Assembly (NCBI GenBank): GCA_963668675.2
Contig: CAXXMB010000001.1
Coordinates: 1,440,001 to 1,504,000, forward strand
DNA from: an uncultured Desulfatitalea sp.
GTDB taxonomy: Bacteria > Desulfobacterota > Desulfobacteria > Desulfobacterales > Desulfosarcinaceae
Direction: 5' to 3'
Length of the DNA stretch: 64,000 nt
Part shown: piece by piece, positions 21,735-30,108 of the stretch
Numbering within the stretch: the stretch's first letter is position 1
How the letters are laid out: every line of letters begins with the position of its first letter
The notes under the pieces: model-generated
The model's database searches: none
Told to the model about the DNA's origin: nothing
Seen by the model: the letters and a program-made list of their open reading frames with translations, nothing else
Translations under genes and position numbers: made by a program

Positions 21735-22886
21735 ATGCTTGAAAAAGGTATGAAATCGATCGTAATGGTGGCTGGAGAGGCGTCAGGCGATGCCCACGGC
21801 GCCCATCTCGTCCAGGCGATACAAAAGTGCTGCGGACCGATATATGTGTGCGGAATGGGAGGCCACCGCATGCGTGATGCCGGCGCCAGGGTGTTGATCG
21901 ATGCCAAAGAGGTGGCGGTTGTGGGCATTACCGAAGTGCTGTCCAAAACACCGCAAGTATTAAAAGCGATGTCACGGCTTAAAAAACTGCTGACCGGGCT
22001 GAAACCGGATCTGTTGATCCTGATCGATTTCCCCGAATTCAATCTGCACCTGGCTTCAAAGGCCAAAAAACTCGGTATTCCGGTACTATACTATATCAGC
22101 CCGCAGATTTGGGCATGGCGCGCCGGCCGTGTAAAAAAGATCAAAGCACGCGTCGATCACATGGCCGTCATTCTGCCTTTCGAGGCGTCCTTCTACCGGC
22201 AGCATGATGTCCCGGTCTCTTTTGTGGGGCACCCACTTATGGACTCGCCGACCGGGCAGGTTCCGGTTCGAAAGTGCACGGCACCGAGCCCTTCACCGAT
22301 GGTGGCACTGCTTGCCGGATCTCGCGATCGAGAGGTGAGCTCCCTGTTGCCGGTGATGCTGAAGGCTTCCCAGCGTCTGCAAAAGCTGATTCCCTCGATG
22401 CGCATAATCATCTCCTGTGCCCACTCCATAGATACCGAACTGGTCAACGACATACTGGCAAATCATCCGGTGGAAAACGCGGAGATCTCCAATCAGGCAA
22501 TCCATGACATGCTTCCCAAGTGCGACCTGGCCATTGTCGCTTCTGGTACAGTGACGCTGGAGACGGCGATCTGTGGCGTTCCCATGGTCATTACCTATAC
22601 GGTTTCCCCTCTCAGCTACTGGCTCGGCAGAGCCCTGATCGATGTGGACCACATTGGATTGGTCAACCTGATCGCAGAAGATCGCATCATGCCAGAGTTG
22701 ATTCAAAAAGAGGTATCTCCAGAGGCCATTTGTGAAACCGCGTTTGATATCATCTCCGATCCTGCCCGTTATATCGAAATGTGTGAAGCGCTTCTTGTCG
22801 TCAGGCAAAAGCTCGGACAATCCGGCGCTTCCGAAAAGGTGGCCGAAATTGCCCAAGGTCTAATGGGGGGCGCAGATGCTCTTTAG
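21735..22886 (+). CDS. lpxB: Lipid-A-disaccharide synthase
   Basis: AGEASGD, IDFPEFN, YISPQIWAWR, ILPFE, FVGHP, SGTVTLE. Confidence 0.97.
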   Translation: MLEKGMKSIVMVAGEASGDAHGAHLVQAIQKCCGPIYVCGMGGHRMRDAGARVLIDAKEVAVVGITEVLSKTPQVLKAMSRLKKLLTGLKPDLLILIDFPEFNLHLASKAKKLGIPVLYYISPQIWAWRAGRVKKIKARVDHMAVILPFEASFYRQHDVPVSFVGHPLMDSPTGQVPVRKCTAPSPSPMVALLAGSRDREVSSLLPVMLKASQRLQKLIPSMRIIISCAHSIDTELVNDILANHPVENAEISNQAIHDMLPKCDLAIVASGTVTLETAICGVPMVITYTVSPLSYWLGRALIDVDHIGLVNLIAEDRIMPELIQKEVSPEAICETAFDIISDPARYIEMCEALLVVRQKLGQSGASEKVAEIAQGLMGGADAL

Positions 22887-23556
22887 CAAGGATCAATCGA
22901 ACCTTGGTTTGAAGTGGCGCCTGATCGGCCGGGCCGGCAAGATTTTGATCGATTTGATATTTTCCGCTTCGAAAATTGAGATCCAAGGGCGCAAACGAAT
23001 TGAGGGACTCATTGCCTCGAAACGATACATCTTCGCTTTCTGGCATGGCCGTATCCTTTTGATCAGCTATGCCCACAAAGGATGGGATGCGGCAATACTG
23101 GTCAGCAACTCGGCCGACGGTGAAATTATCGCCCAAATTTTACAACGACAGGGGCATACGACGGTTCGCGGGTCGACTGGCAAAGGCGGCATGCGCGCAG
23201 TGGCAAGCATTCTTAGAGAGATGCGCACCAACAAAAGAGGCGGAGGCGTTGTCCCCGACGGTCCCCAGGGACCGCGCTATAAAGTTCAACCGGGGATCAT
23301 TTACCTTTCTCAAAAGTGCGGATATCCCATCATACCGGTCACATATAGCGCACGGCATTGCCTGGTATTCAAAAGCTGGGATCGCTTTTTACTGCCACTG
23401 CCCGGCAGCCAGTGCCTCATCGTTTACGGTGAACCCGTCAGTGTGCCGCAAAACGCCAAAGCAGATCAGATAGAAAGATGCACAAAAAAACTCGAAGATG
23501 AGTTGATGCGCATTACCATAAAAGCGGATTCTCATTTCGGACACGCCATATCATAG
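22876..23556 (+). CDS. DUF374 lysophospholipid acyltransferase family (LpxJ-like)
   Basis: FWHGR, S.S.DGE, VRGS, PDGPQGP, SWDRFLLPLP. Confidence 0.8.
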   Translation: MLFSKDQSNLGLKWRLIGRAGKILIDLIFSASKIEIQGRKRIEGLIASKRYIFAFWHGRILLISYAHKGWDAAILVSNSADGEIIAQILQRQGHTTVRGSTGKGGMRAVASILREMRTNKRGGGVVPDGPQGPRYKVQPGIIYLSQKCGYPIIPVTYSARHCLVFKSWDRFLLPLPGSQCLIVYGEPVSVPQNAKADQIERCTKKLEDELMRITIKADSHFGHAIS

Positions 23557-23663
23557 TTTCCGGACAACTTTTAATGCGGCAGATCAAAGTCCAATATTGT
23601 GAATCACCATGTCGCACAAGCGGGCGCATCCAATTTGAAGTCTTCAGCGAGGGTAGCTGCTTT

Positions 23664-23701
23664 AAAAAAGAAGGCCCAGGTCATTGCACCGACCTGGGCC
23701 T
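23664..23701 (-). terminator. Intrinsic terminator of the Fn3 surface-protein gene
   Basis: 11-bp stem AGGCCCAGGTC/GACCTGGGCCT followed by TCTTTTTT on the minus strand. Confidence 0.75.
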
Positions 23702-23731
23702 GCACTGTTTCAAAGTTGGAACCGGAGATGA

Positions 23732-25354
23732 TCAAAAAACGTAACGGGTGCCTTCCTTCACATTGCAGCGGGAGAAGCCTTTACACAGAGCAGCACCTAA
23801 GCAGCCGACAATCAACAAGCCGATCATGACTAAAACACGGTCGCTCCCCTTAAGTTCGGAGGTCGTTGCTGTTGAAATAAAGCAGCCAGAACTCCCCGCA
23901 TCCGAAGGTGAATAGGTTGTTGAGGTGTCCGTGGATTGGCTGCTGCTGTAGCCCAAACCGGCCGGATCAACGATCACACCATTCTCGACACCATCCATGT
24001 CACCCATGCCACCGTCTTCTAACGTGAGGGTCACTGAGCGATGATCGGCACTGAAGACCGCTTCAGGGTAGGCTGTCCAGCCAAGATCGGGATCATACTT
24101 ATACCACCGGGCATTTGAAGGAGCCGCCTGGGAAAAGTAGACCGTAATCGATGTTTCGGTTACCCCTTCAGGCAGATGGAGCTTAAAGCTGATGACACTG
24201 GTCAGGTTTTCCGGTTGATTTCCGGCCAGCGACATAGCACCGTTTAGACTCATGGCCTGTATGCCGAAGAGTTGAACATCATCATCGACGCGCTGGATGG
24301 AAATGTATGGATTTACAGGATCGTTTGAGCTGACCGACATCATGCCGTCCTGGAGTGTATCATCGTTACCGTCTTCATTCAGATCGATATAGGTAGAGAC
24401 CTCCTGGGATTCCAGGATGCCATTTGCATTCAGATCGCCCGCCGCCTCATGATCAATGGTGGTGAAAGAGGTGTAGTCGGACCACTCTGACTCGCCGTTG
24501 TGCTCGTCATAGAAACGGACACGCCAGTAATAGGTGGCGTCCGGATCAAGAATGAGATCCCCAATGCTTATGCTGGTCAGGTGAATGGAGCTGACCTTCT
24601 CAAAAACGAGGCTGGTAAAGCTCTCTTCGGTACTGATCTGGAAATGGGTACCCGCATGCGCGTCGTTGTCAGGATCTGAAAATGCACCCGTGCTCAAGGT
24701 GGGATTCATCTCTACAATAGCTTGATGGTATGGTGCACTGTTGTGGGGTTTGTCGGGCACTGAGTTACCTGGCGCCTGTGAGGGATCGCTGCCGGCCTGA
24801 TACTCATCCAAATTGGAAATGCCGTCGTTGTCCATATCCTGGCCGGCATCGTCAACCAATGGATCCAGTCCGTAGGCAGCTTCCCAGAGATCCGCCATTC
24901 CATCGCCATCATCATCGGTATCAGCGTTGTTGCCGAGTCCATCCGAATCGGTGTCGAGCCACTCGGAGGCGTCCTGTGGAAAGGCATCCGAGCTATCATT
25001 GACACCATCACCATCGCTATCCACGGAAATGACACTGGGCGTATATTCAACCTCGTTGGAATCACCGCTTTCATTCGTGCCGTCAAAAGCGCGAACGACG
25101 TAGTAGTAGGTTGTGCCTTCTGTCAAATCACTGAGGGTAGTAGTTGTTTCTTCGCCACTCCATGCATATGAGCTATAGTCATATGACTGTCCGGCTTCAC
25201 GCTGATAAAGGCGGTAGCTGGCCGGGACCGGATCATTTGCATCCCACTGGAGGGTAACCTGGGCAGCTGATACAGCCAAGGGTAAGACAATTAATAGATA
25301 GTGGATGGCTACAAGAAAGATCTTGAGGTGAAATAGGTTTCTTTTTCTTTTCAT
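23732..25354 (-). CDS. Surface protein: signal peptide, Fn3, Asp-rich Ca-binding repeats, second Fn3-like domain, choice-of-anchor U-like domain, CFI-box C-terminal anchor
   Basis: VTLQWD...TTYYYVVRAFD..NES..SNE; DSDGDG/DTDSDG/DDDGDG repeats; YYWRVR; LTLEDGGMGDMDG..NGVIVDP; SSGCFISTA then hydrophobic helix and basic tail. Confidence 0.8.
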   Translation of the reverse strand: MKRKRNLFHLKIFLVAIHYLLIVLPLAVSAAQVTLQWDANDPVPASYRLYQREAGQSYDYSSYAWSGEETTTTLSDLTEGTTYYYVVRAFDGTNESGDSNEVEYTPSVISVDSDGDGVNDSSDAFPQDASEWLDTDSDGLGNNADTDDDGDGMADLWEAAYGLDPLVDDAGQDMDNDGISNLDEYQAGSDPSQAPGNSVPDKPHNSAPYHQAIVEMNPTLSTGAFSDPDNDAHAGTHFQISTEESFTSLVFEKVSSIHLTSISIGDLILDPDATYYWRVRFYDEHNGESEWSDYTSFTTIDHEAAGDLNANGILESQEVSTYIDLNEDGNDDTLQDGMMSVSSNDPVNPYISIQRVDDDVQLFGIQAMSLNGAMSLAGNQPENLTSVISFKLHLPEGVTETSITVYFSQAAPSNARWYKYDPDLGWTAYPEAVFSADHRSVTLTLEDGGMGDMDGVENGVIVDPAGLGYSSSQSTDTSTTYSPSDAGSSGCFISTATTSELKGSDRVLVMIGLLIVGCLGAALCKGFSRCNVKEGTRYVF

Positions 25355-25414
25355 AACATCTCCCGGTCAATCTGTCACCGTGCGATCGGCGGCTGTTCGA
25401 GAGATGTCGCCTTC

Positions 25415-25505
25415 GCCCGGCAACCCTGCTGCCGTATCCCGATTTTCGGGACTTAGGCCAGTGGCTTTGCGTCTCACCCTTTCGGATGATTTGCCTTTTT
25501 CGAGC
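25415..25505 (-). promoter_or_regulatory. c-di-GMP-I (GEMM) riboswitch
   Basis: Minus strand GCTCG-AAAAA-GGCAAA-TCATCC-GAAA-GGGTGA-GACGCAAAGCC..GGCCTAA..GGCAGCAGGGTTGC-CGGGC shows P1, the GAAA tetraloop, its receptor and the conserved GEMM core. Confidence 0.93.
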
Positions 25506-25551
25506 TAAAAGTTAGAGAGCAATGGTACCGCAATATTCTGAGAAATATTAA

Positions 25552-25567
25552 AGCAAAATGTATGCCA
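25552..25567 (-). promoter_or_regulatory. Sigma54 (-24/-12) promoter upstream of the riboswitch
   Basis: TGGCATACATTTTGCT = GG-N10-GC, close to the TGGCAC-N5-TTGCW consensus; predicted start near 25541. Confidence 0.7.
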
Positions 25568-25723
25568 TACAGTCAAAAATACAAAGGACAGTTGATAACG
25601 CTATTTCCTCTATTTTTTTAGTTAGATACAAAAAAACTTGTTTAGCCGGTCTCAACCGGGGGATCTGCTTACATAATTTAACACACAGGTGGTATACGAA
25701 TGAATACAGCTCAAATTATCAAA

Positions 25724-26794
25724 CCCGGTTCTCTATGAAACTTAAGTTGCGTAATATTCAGAAATCGGGTCCATATCCCACGCTATTTTGGGATAGGTAA
25801 TTTTCGTCGATGTCATTGCTATTTGCACTAATCGCATGAACTTTTTGCCGATGCTCTTTGACTTTCTGCGATTGAAACGAAACGCATACTCGTCAAGATA
25901 GTTTTGAAGATACTTGGGTTCGAAACGACCCTGAAACGTTCCACGGATAAGCCTTTTTACAAGAGACGTTACCAGATGAACACCATACAGGCTTTCGTTA
26001 TCCTTGGAACTGCTTTGAATAGATCTTTCATGGTAAGTACCTTCAATAAAGTTGTACCCGCTCCATGAATCTGTGGCGATTGTGCTGCCGGATTGTACAT
26101 TATTAAGGATGAACGTTTCTAATGAATAGGAGGAACAATCCAAGGCTACTTGCAGGCGAACACGACCCATTCGCTTTTTCACGTTTCATCTTTCTACCGC
26201 AATAGCTACGATTGTTTTGCCCTCAGCGCCGCGGCCCCTTTTGCCAGACTTTTGGCCGCCGATGAAAAATTCATCCACTTCAACGCGCCCGGATAGTTTA
26301 CTACGCCCCTGGCGTATGGTGCATCGTCTGAGTTTTTGCAGCCAGGTCCAAGCTGTTCCATAGCTGCCAAAACCTAAAAGTTCTTTGAGATTAGTGGCAT
26401 TGATCCCGGATTTTCGTGTGGTAAACCACCACATGGCCTTAAACCAATAAGTAATCGGGCTTTTTGTACTGTCCATAATGGTACCAGCGGTCAATGAATG
26501 TGTATGTTCACACTGAGTGCAGATATAAAGATTGCGTGCGCTGACCCAGCATTTAGTGTGACCGCATTTTTTGCAGGTAAATCCGTCGGGCCACTTTTGA
26601 TCAAATAGATACTGGTAACATGCTTTAGGTTCAGAAAAACGTTGATCGAACTCAATCTCATTTTTAGGAAAATCTTCGGTAATCGTAAACTTTGTCATAA
26701 CGGCCTCCTTTGTTGTTTTGAGGCTATTATAACAGTGGTGTGTGACAGATCCGGTCACACCTTAACGCAAACTTAAGTTTCATAGAGAACCGGG
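25724..26794 (-). mobile_element. IS1595-family insertion sequence (1071 bp)
   Basis: Perfect 25-bp terminal inverted repeats CCCGGTTCTCTATGAAACTTAAGTT (25724-25748 and 26770-26794); 8-bp target duplication TTATCAAA (25716-25723 and 26795-26802). Confidence 0.95.
25742..26698 (-). pseudogene. IS1595 transposase interrupted by one in-frame TGA (26186-26188)
   Basis: Zn ribbon (CKKC...CTQC), VEVDEFFIGG, TDSWSGY, YLDEYAFRFNRR; both ORF pieces share a frame (…AVER*NVKKRMGRVRL); RBS AAGGAGG before ATG 26698. Confidence 0.85.
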
Positions 26795-26819
26795 TTATCA
26801 AATTCCTATTGCTCAACAT

Positions 26820-28139
26820 CTAAGGAGCATTGTTGGATCGCTTGAGCGTAAAAGAGAAGGTCGTCCCCTTTTCAACCGCTGTGTGGACATCCAAGCGACT
26901 CTCATAACCTTCCAAAATACGATGGACAATGGACAGGCCTAAACCAGTACCTTCCGATTTTGTTGTAAAAAACGGATCGAAAATGGTCTGAACCACCTCG
27001 TTCGGCATGCCACATCCATTGTCGATCACATGGATGCTAACCTCATTGTTCTTGATCGGAACAGTATGGATTTCAATCAGACCATCTCCGGAAACGGCTT
27101 CTGCAGCATTCAACATCAAATTCCAGAGAACCTGGCGCAGATGCGTAGAGTCCATCAACACTCTGATTCCTGGGGAGAGCGTTGTCTTTATATCAATTCG
27201 GCTGGCATGATTGGTATCCTTCTCGAACAAGTTGACCACATCCGATATGGCTTTTTCGAGATCGAGGATTTCCGGTTTACCGGCGGGCGGCCTGGCAAAA
27301 AATAAGAAATCGTTCACTAGGGTACCTAACCGATCGGTTTCCCGCACCACGATCTCCATCAAACGCTCGTGATCCGGATCGTAACGCATATCCTCCCTGA
27401 GAAGTTGTATGGATCCCACCAAAGAGGCAAGGGGATTTTTGATCTCATGGGCCAGACCGGCCGCCATCTCTCCCATGTAGGCCATCTTTTCGACCCTTTT
27501 AAGATTGGACTCCATGGCAGTCAGTTCTGCCTGGGTCTTCCGATTTTGCTCTGTCAGCAAACCACTCAAAACCGCAACAGCAAAACAAGCCACCGTTGTA
27601 ATAAAAATCTTATAGGCAACGTAAGTCCCGTCCAGGCTGTTAGCACCACCTCCCCCAATGGCCGTTACATAAGGGATTGCAATGGCAAACTGCATCAGGA
27701 CAAGTACAGCGTATTGTGCACTGCAGAACAGCGCAATTAAAAGGCCACCCCGAAGGTAGAGAATCATACTGCCGTAAATGATGACCACAAGGTAGAGAAA
27801 AGTAAACAGACTGAAGAACCCACCTGTGATCAAAACTATGAGAGATACAACGAAGGAGTCGATCGCGATTTGAATATAGGCAAATAATTCAGGACGTACT
27901 ATTCTTGGTAAAAGCGTGGCATAAAGCAAAGAAAGAAGAAAAATCGCTGCTATGACCAGATAAATAATTGCAACTAATGGCTTGTCGGCCGAAATTCCCA
28001 TGCGAAACTGGAATAGCACGGTGGTCCCTAAGAGCAGTGCGGTAAAAACCAGCCTCGAAAGCATCAGCCATCTTAACTTGGGATGAATGCTTTTTGTTAA
28101 TATCGGTGATGGGTGAATGATCTGTCGAAATTGTGGCAA
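26820..28139 (-). CDS. PilS-like membrane sensor histidine kinase (no PAS domain)
   Basis: About 6 TM segments with a QIAID...TGG..SLFTFLY PilS-type pattern, AHEIKNPL H-box, N/G1/F/G2 boxes; downstream of pilC. Confidence 0.82.
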   Translation of the reverse strand: MPQFRQIIHPSPILTKSIHPKLRWLMLSRLVFTALLLGTTVLFQFRMGISADKPLVAIIYLVIAAIFLLSLLYATLLPRIVRPELFAYIQIAIDSFVVSLIVLITGGFFSLFTFLYLVVIIYGSMILYLRGGLLIALFCSAQYAVLVLMQFAIAIPYVTAIGGGGANSLDGTYVAYKIFITTVACFAVAVLSGLLTEQNRKTQAELTAMESNLKRVEKMAYMGEMAAGLAHEIKNPLASLVGSIQLLREDMRYDPDHERLMEIVVRETDRLGTLVNDFLFFARPPAGKPEILDLEKAISDVVNLFEKDTNHASRIDIKTTLSPGIRVLMDSTHLRQVLWNLMLNAAEAVSGDGLIEIHTVPIKNNEVSIHVIDNGCGMPNEVVQTIFDPFFTTKSEGTGLGLSIVHRILEGYESRLDVHTAVEKGTTFSFTLKRSNNAP

Positions 28140-28359
28140 AGAATTAACACGCCTTATATGGGAATCAGGTTAAGCAAATAGAAACCTTATTAACATTATA
28201 CCGTTTTTCTATTACATAGTTTCATTACCCAGTATCATGTTACATGTTTTGTGGCTATCTCTCGTTATTTTCGAAGAAAATACAAAGCGATTAGGATCAG
28301 AATTCTTGGCATTAAGGTACTATTTCTATATGTGTGTCAATCAGGACAACAAACTCCTA

Positions 28360-29568
28360 TCAACCAATAGCTCCAGCCATTTTAAAAATGGGTAAGTACA
28401 TGGCAACAATTAGCCCGCCGATGACAACACCTAAGAAAACGATCATCATAGGTTCAATCATGGCTGTCAAATTTTCAACCGCTTGGTCTACTTCTTCGTC
28501 ATAAAAATCAGCGATTTTTTCCAGCATGGCATCTAAAGCACCCGTTGATTCACCAACAGCAATCATCTGGCAAACCATTGCGGGAAAGACACCACTGGCC
28601 TGAAGTGGATCAGCCATCGTTCGTCCTTCTGCGATACCAGTTCGAACCGAGTAAATGGCATTTTCAATTATTTTATTACCAGATGTTTTGGCGACGATAT
28701 CCAAGGCATCCAAAATGGCTACACCACTTCCTAACATGGTCCCCATAGTTCGGGTGAATTTTGCTACAGCTACTTTTCTCAGGAGAATGCCAAATACAGG
28801 CAACTTTAAAATCGCAGCATCTACTACCAATTTACCTTTATTGGTTTTGTAGTACTGCCTAAATGCAATAGCAAAAAGAATTACTGCGCCTATAATAATA
28901 TGAATTTTAGATTTTACGAACTCACTTATTGCAATGACTATTAGTGTCGGTGTTGGTAATGTGGAACCAAAATCAGCAAACATCTCCTGGAACACAGGTA
29001 TAACAAATACTAAGATAATAGCGACAACAATGACGGCTACAGCGATAGTAATCGCCGGATAGACCATTGCACCCTTTACTTTGCGTTTAAGGGAAGCCGC
29101 CTTTTCCATATAGCCGGAGAGGCGCTTTAAAATCACATCCAGGATACCGCCGGCCTCACCAGCCGCGACCATGTTCACGAAAAGATTGTCGAACTGCTTG
29201 GGATATCGCTTTAGAGAGTCAGCCAGAGTGGAACCGCCCTCTACAGAGTCCTTGATCTGCTTCAGCATCTTTTTGAAGGTGGGGTTCTCCTGCTGGGACT
29301 GAAGGATGTCCATGCATTGGATGATGGGCAGGCCTGCATCGATCATGGTGGAAAATTGCCTCGCAAAGATGATGATGTCCTTCTCTTTGACTTTCGGCTG
29401 CATAAAAGCGACATTTTCAAACAGGTCTTTGGGCTTTTTCTTGACTTTGGTCGGGGCGATCCGTATTCGGTTCAGATGTGCACGCACTGCTTCCTCACTG
29501 GCGGCTTCCAGTTCCCCTTTTTGAGTCTGGTTATTTCGATTCTTCCCTTCCCACAAAAAAACCGGCAT
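28360..29568 (-). CDS. pilC: Type IV pilus platform protein PilC (T2SS F family)
   Basis: FARQFSTMIDAGLP, AGEAGG, AMVYP, VGESTGALD, AMYLPIF. Confidence 0.95.
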   Translation of the reverse strand: MPVFLWEGKNRNNQTQKGELEAASEEAVRAHLNRIRIAPTKVKKKPKDLFENVAFMQPKVKEKDIIIFARQFSTMIDAGLPIIQCMDILQSQQENPTFKKMLKQIKDSVEGGSTLADSLKRYPKQFDNLFVNMVAAGEAGGILDVILKRLSGYMEKAASLKRKVKGAMVYPAITIAVAVIVVAIILVFVIPVFQEMFADFGSTLPTPTLIVIAISEFVKSKIHIIIGAVILFAIAFRQYYKTNKGKLVVDAAILKLPVFGILLRKVAVAKFTRTMGTMLGSGVAILDALDIVAKTSGNKIIENAIYSVRTGIAEGRTMADPLQASGVFPAMVCQMIAVGESTGALDAMLEKIADFYDEEVDQAVENLTAMIEPMMIVFLGVVIGGLIVAMYLPIFKMAGAIG

Positions 29569-30108
29569 GGCGATCTCCAAAGCTATCTGTGCATTTTTAA
29601 GGCGTAAAAGAGAAGCGGCCTATCCCTTCGCTTCTCTTGTGTGCCAAATTATCGACGCACCACTTAAGCAAAGTTGCGGCCAGCAGCGACTGCTGCCGTG
29701 CTTTCATCTTTTTCTGCAACCCACATAGCCTGATATTGTTCATGATTTTGGTATCATAAACTGGTTCAAACAACAACAAATTTATTATTTGCCAATTCGC
29801 AATCCCCTGCGTTTTTAAGCACCTGTAGAATACAAGCAAAAACAATACCAGACAATCTCATCTCACATCCGTTCCACTCAACCTTCAAGAAGTCTGATAA
29901 AGAGACACGTCCATTCTATATGGCAGGTCGATTGTGCACGCCTCTATAGTCTACTTGTATCCTTATGGACAATGCCATGTTTCTTTATATTCTATAAACC
30001 CTTTTCATTAAATCCTCCCCCCATGAACAATCGCAGGTAGTGCTTGCCAAAAATGGCCCGATATGCAAAGGTTGGTATCACAGAACCACTTAAAAATATG
30101 AGGAATCC

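Noticed and set aside
25415..25505. cGAMP-selective GEMM-Ib riboswitch
   Set aside because: The discriminating position is G (GGCAAA), not A
25724..26820. IS-mediated deletion of pilR
   Set aside because: The matching 8-bp TSD on both sides shows a clean insertion
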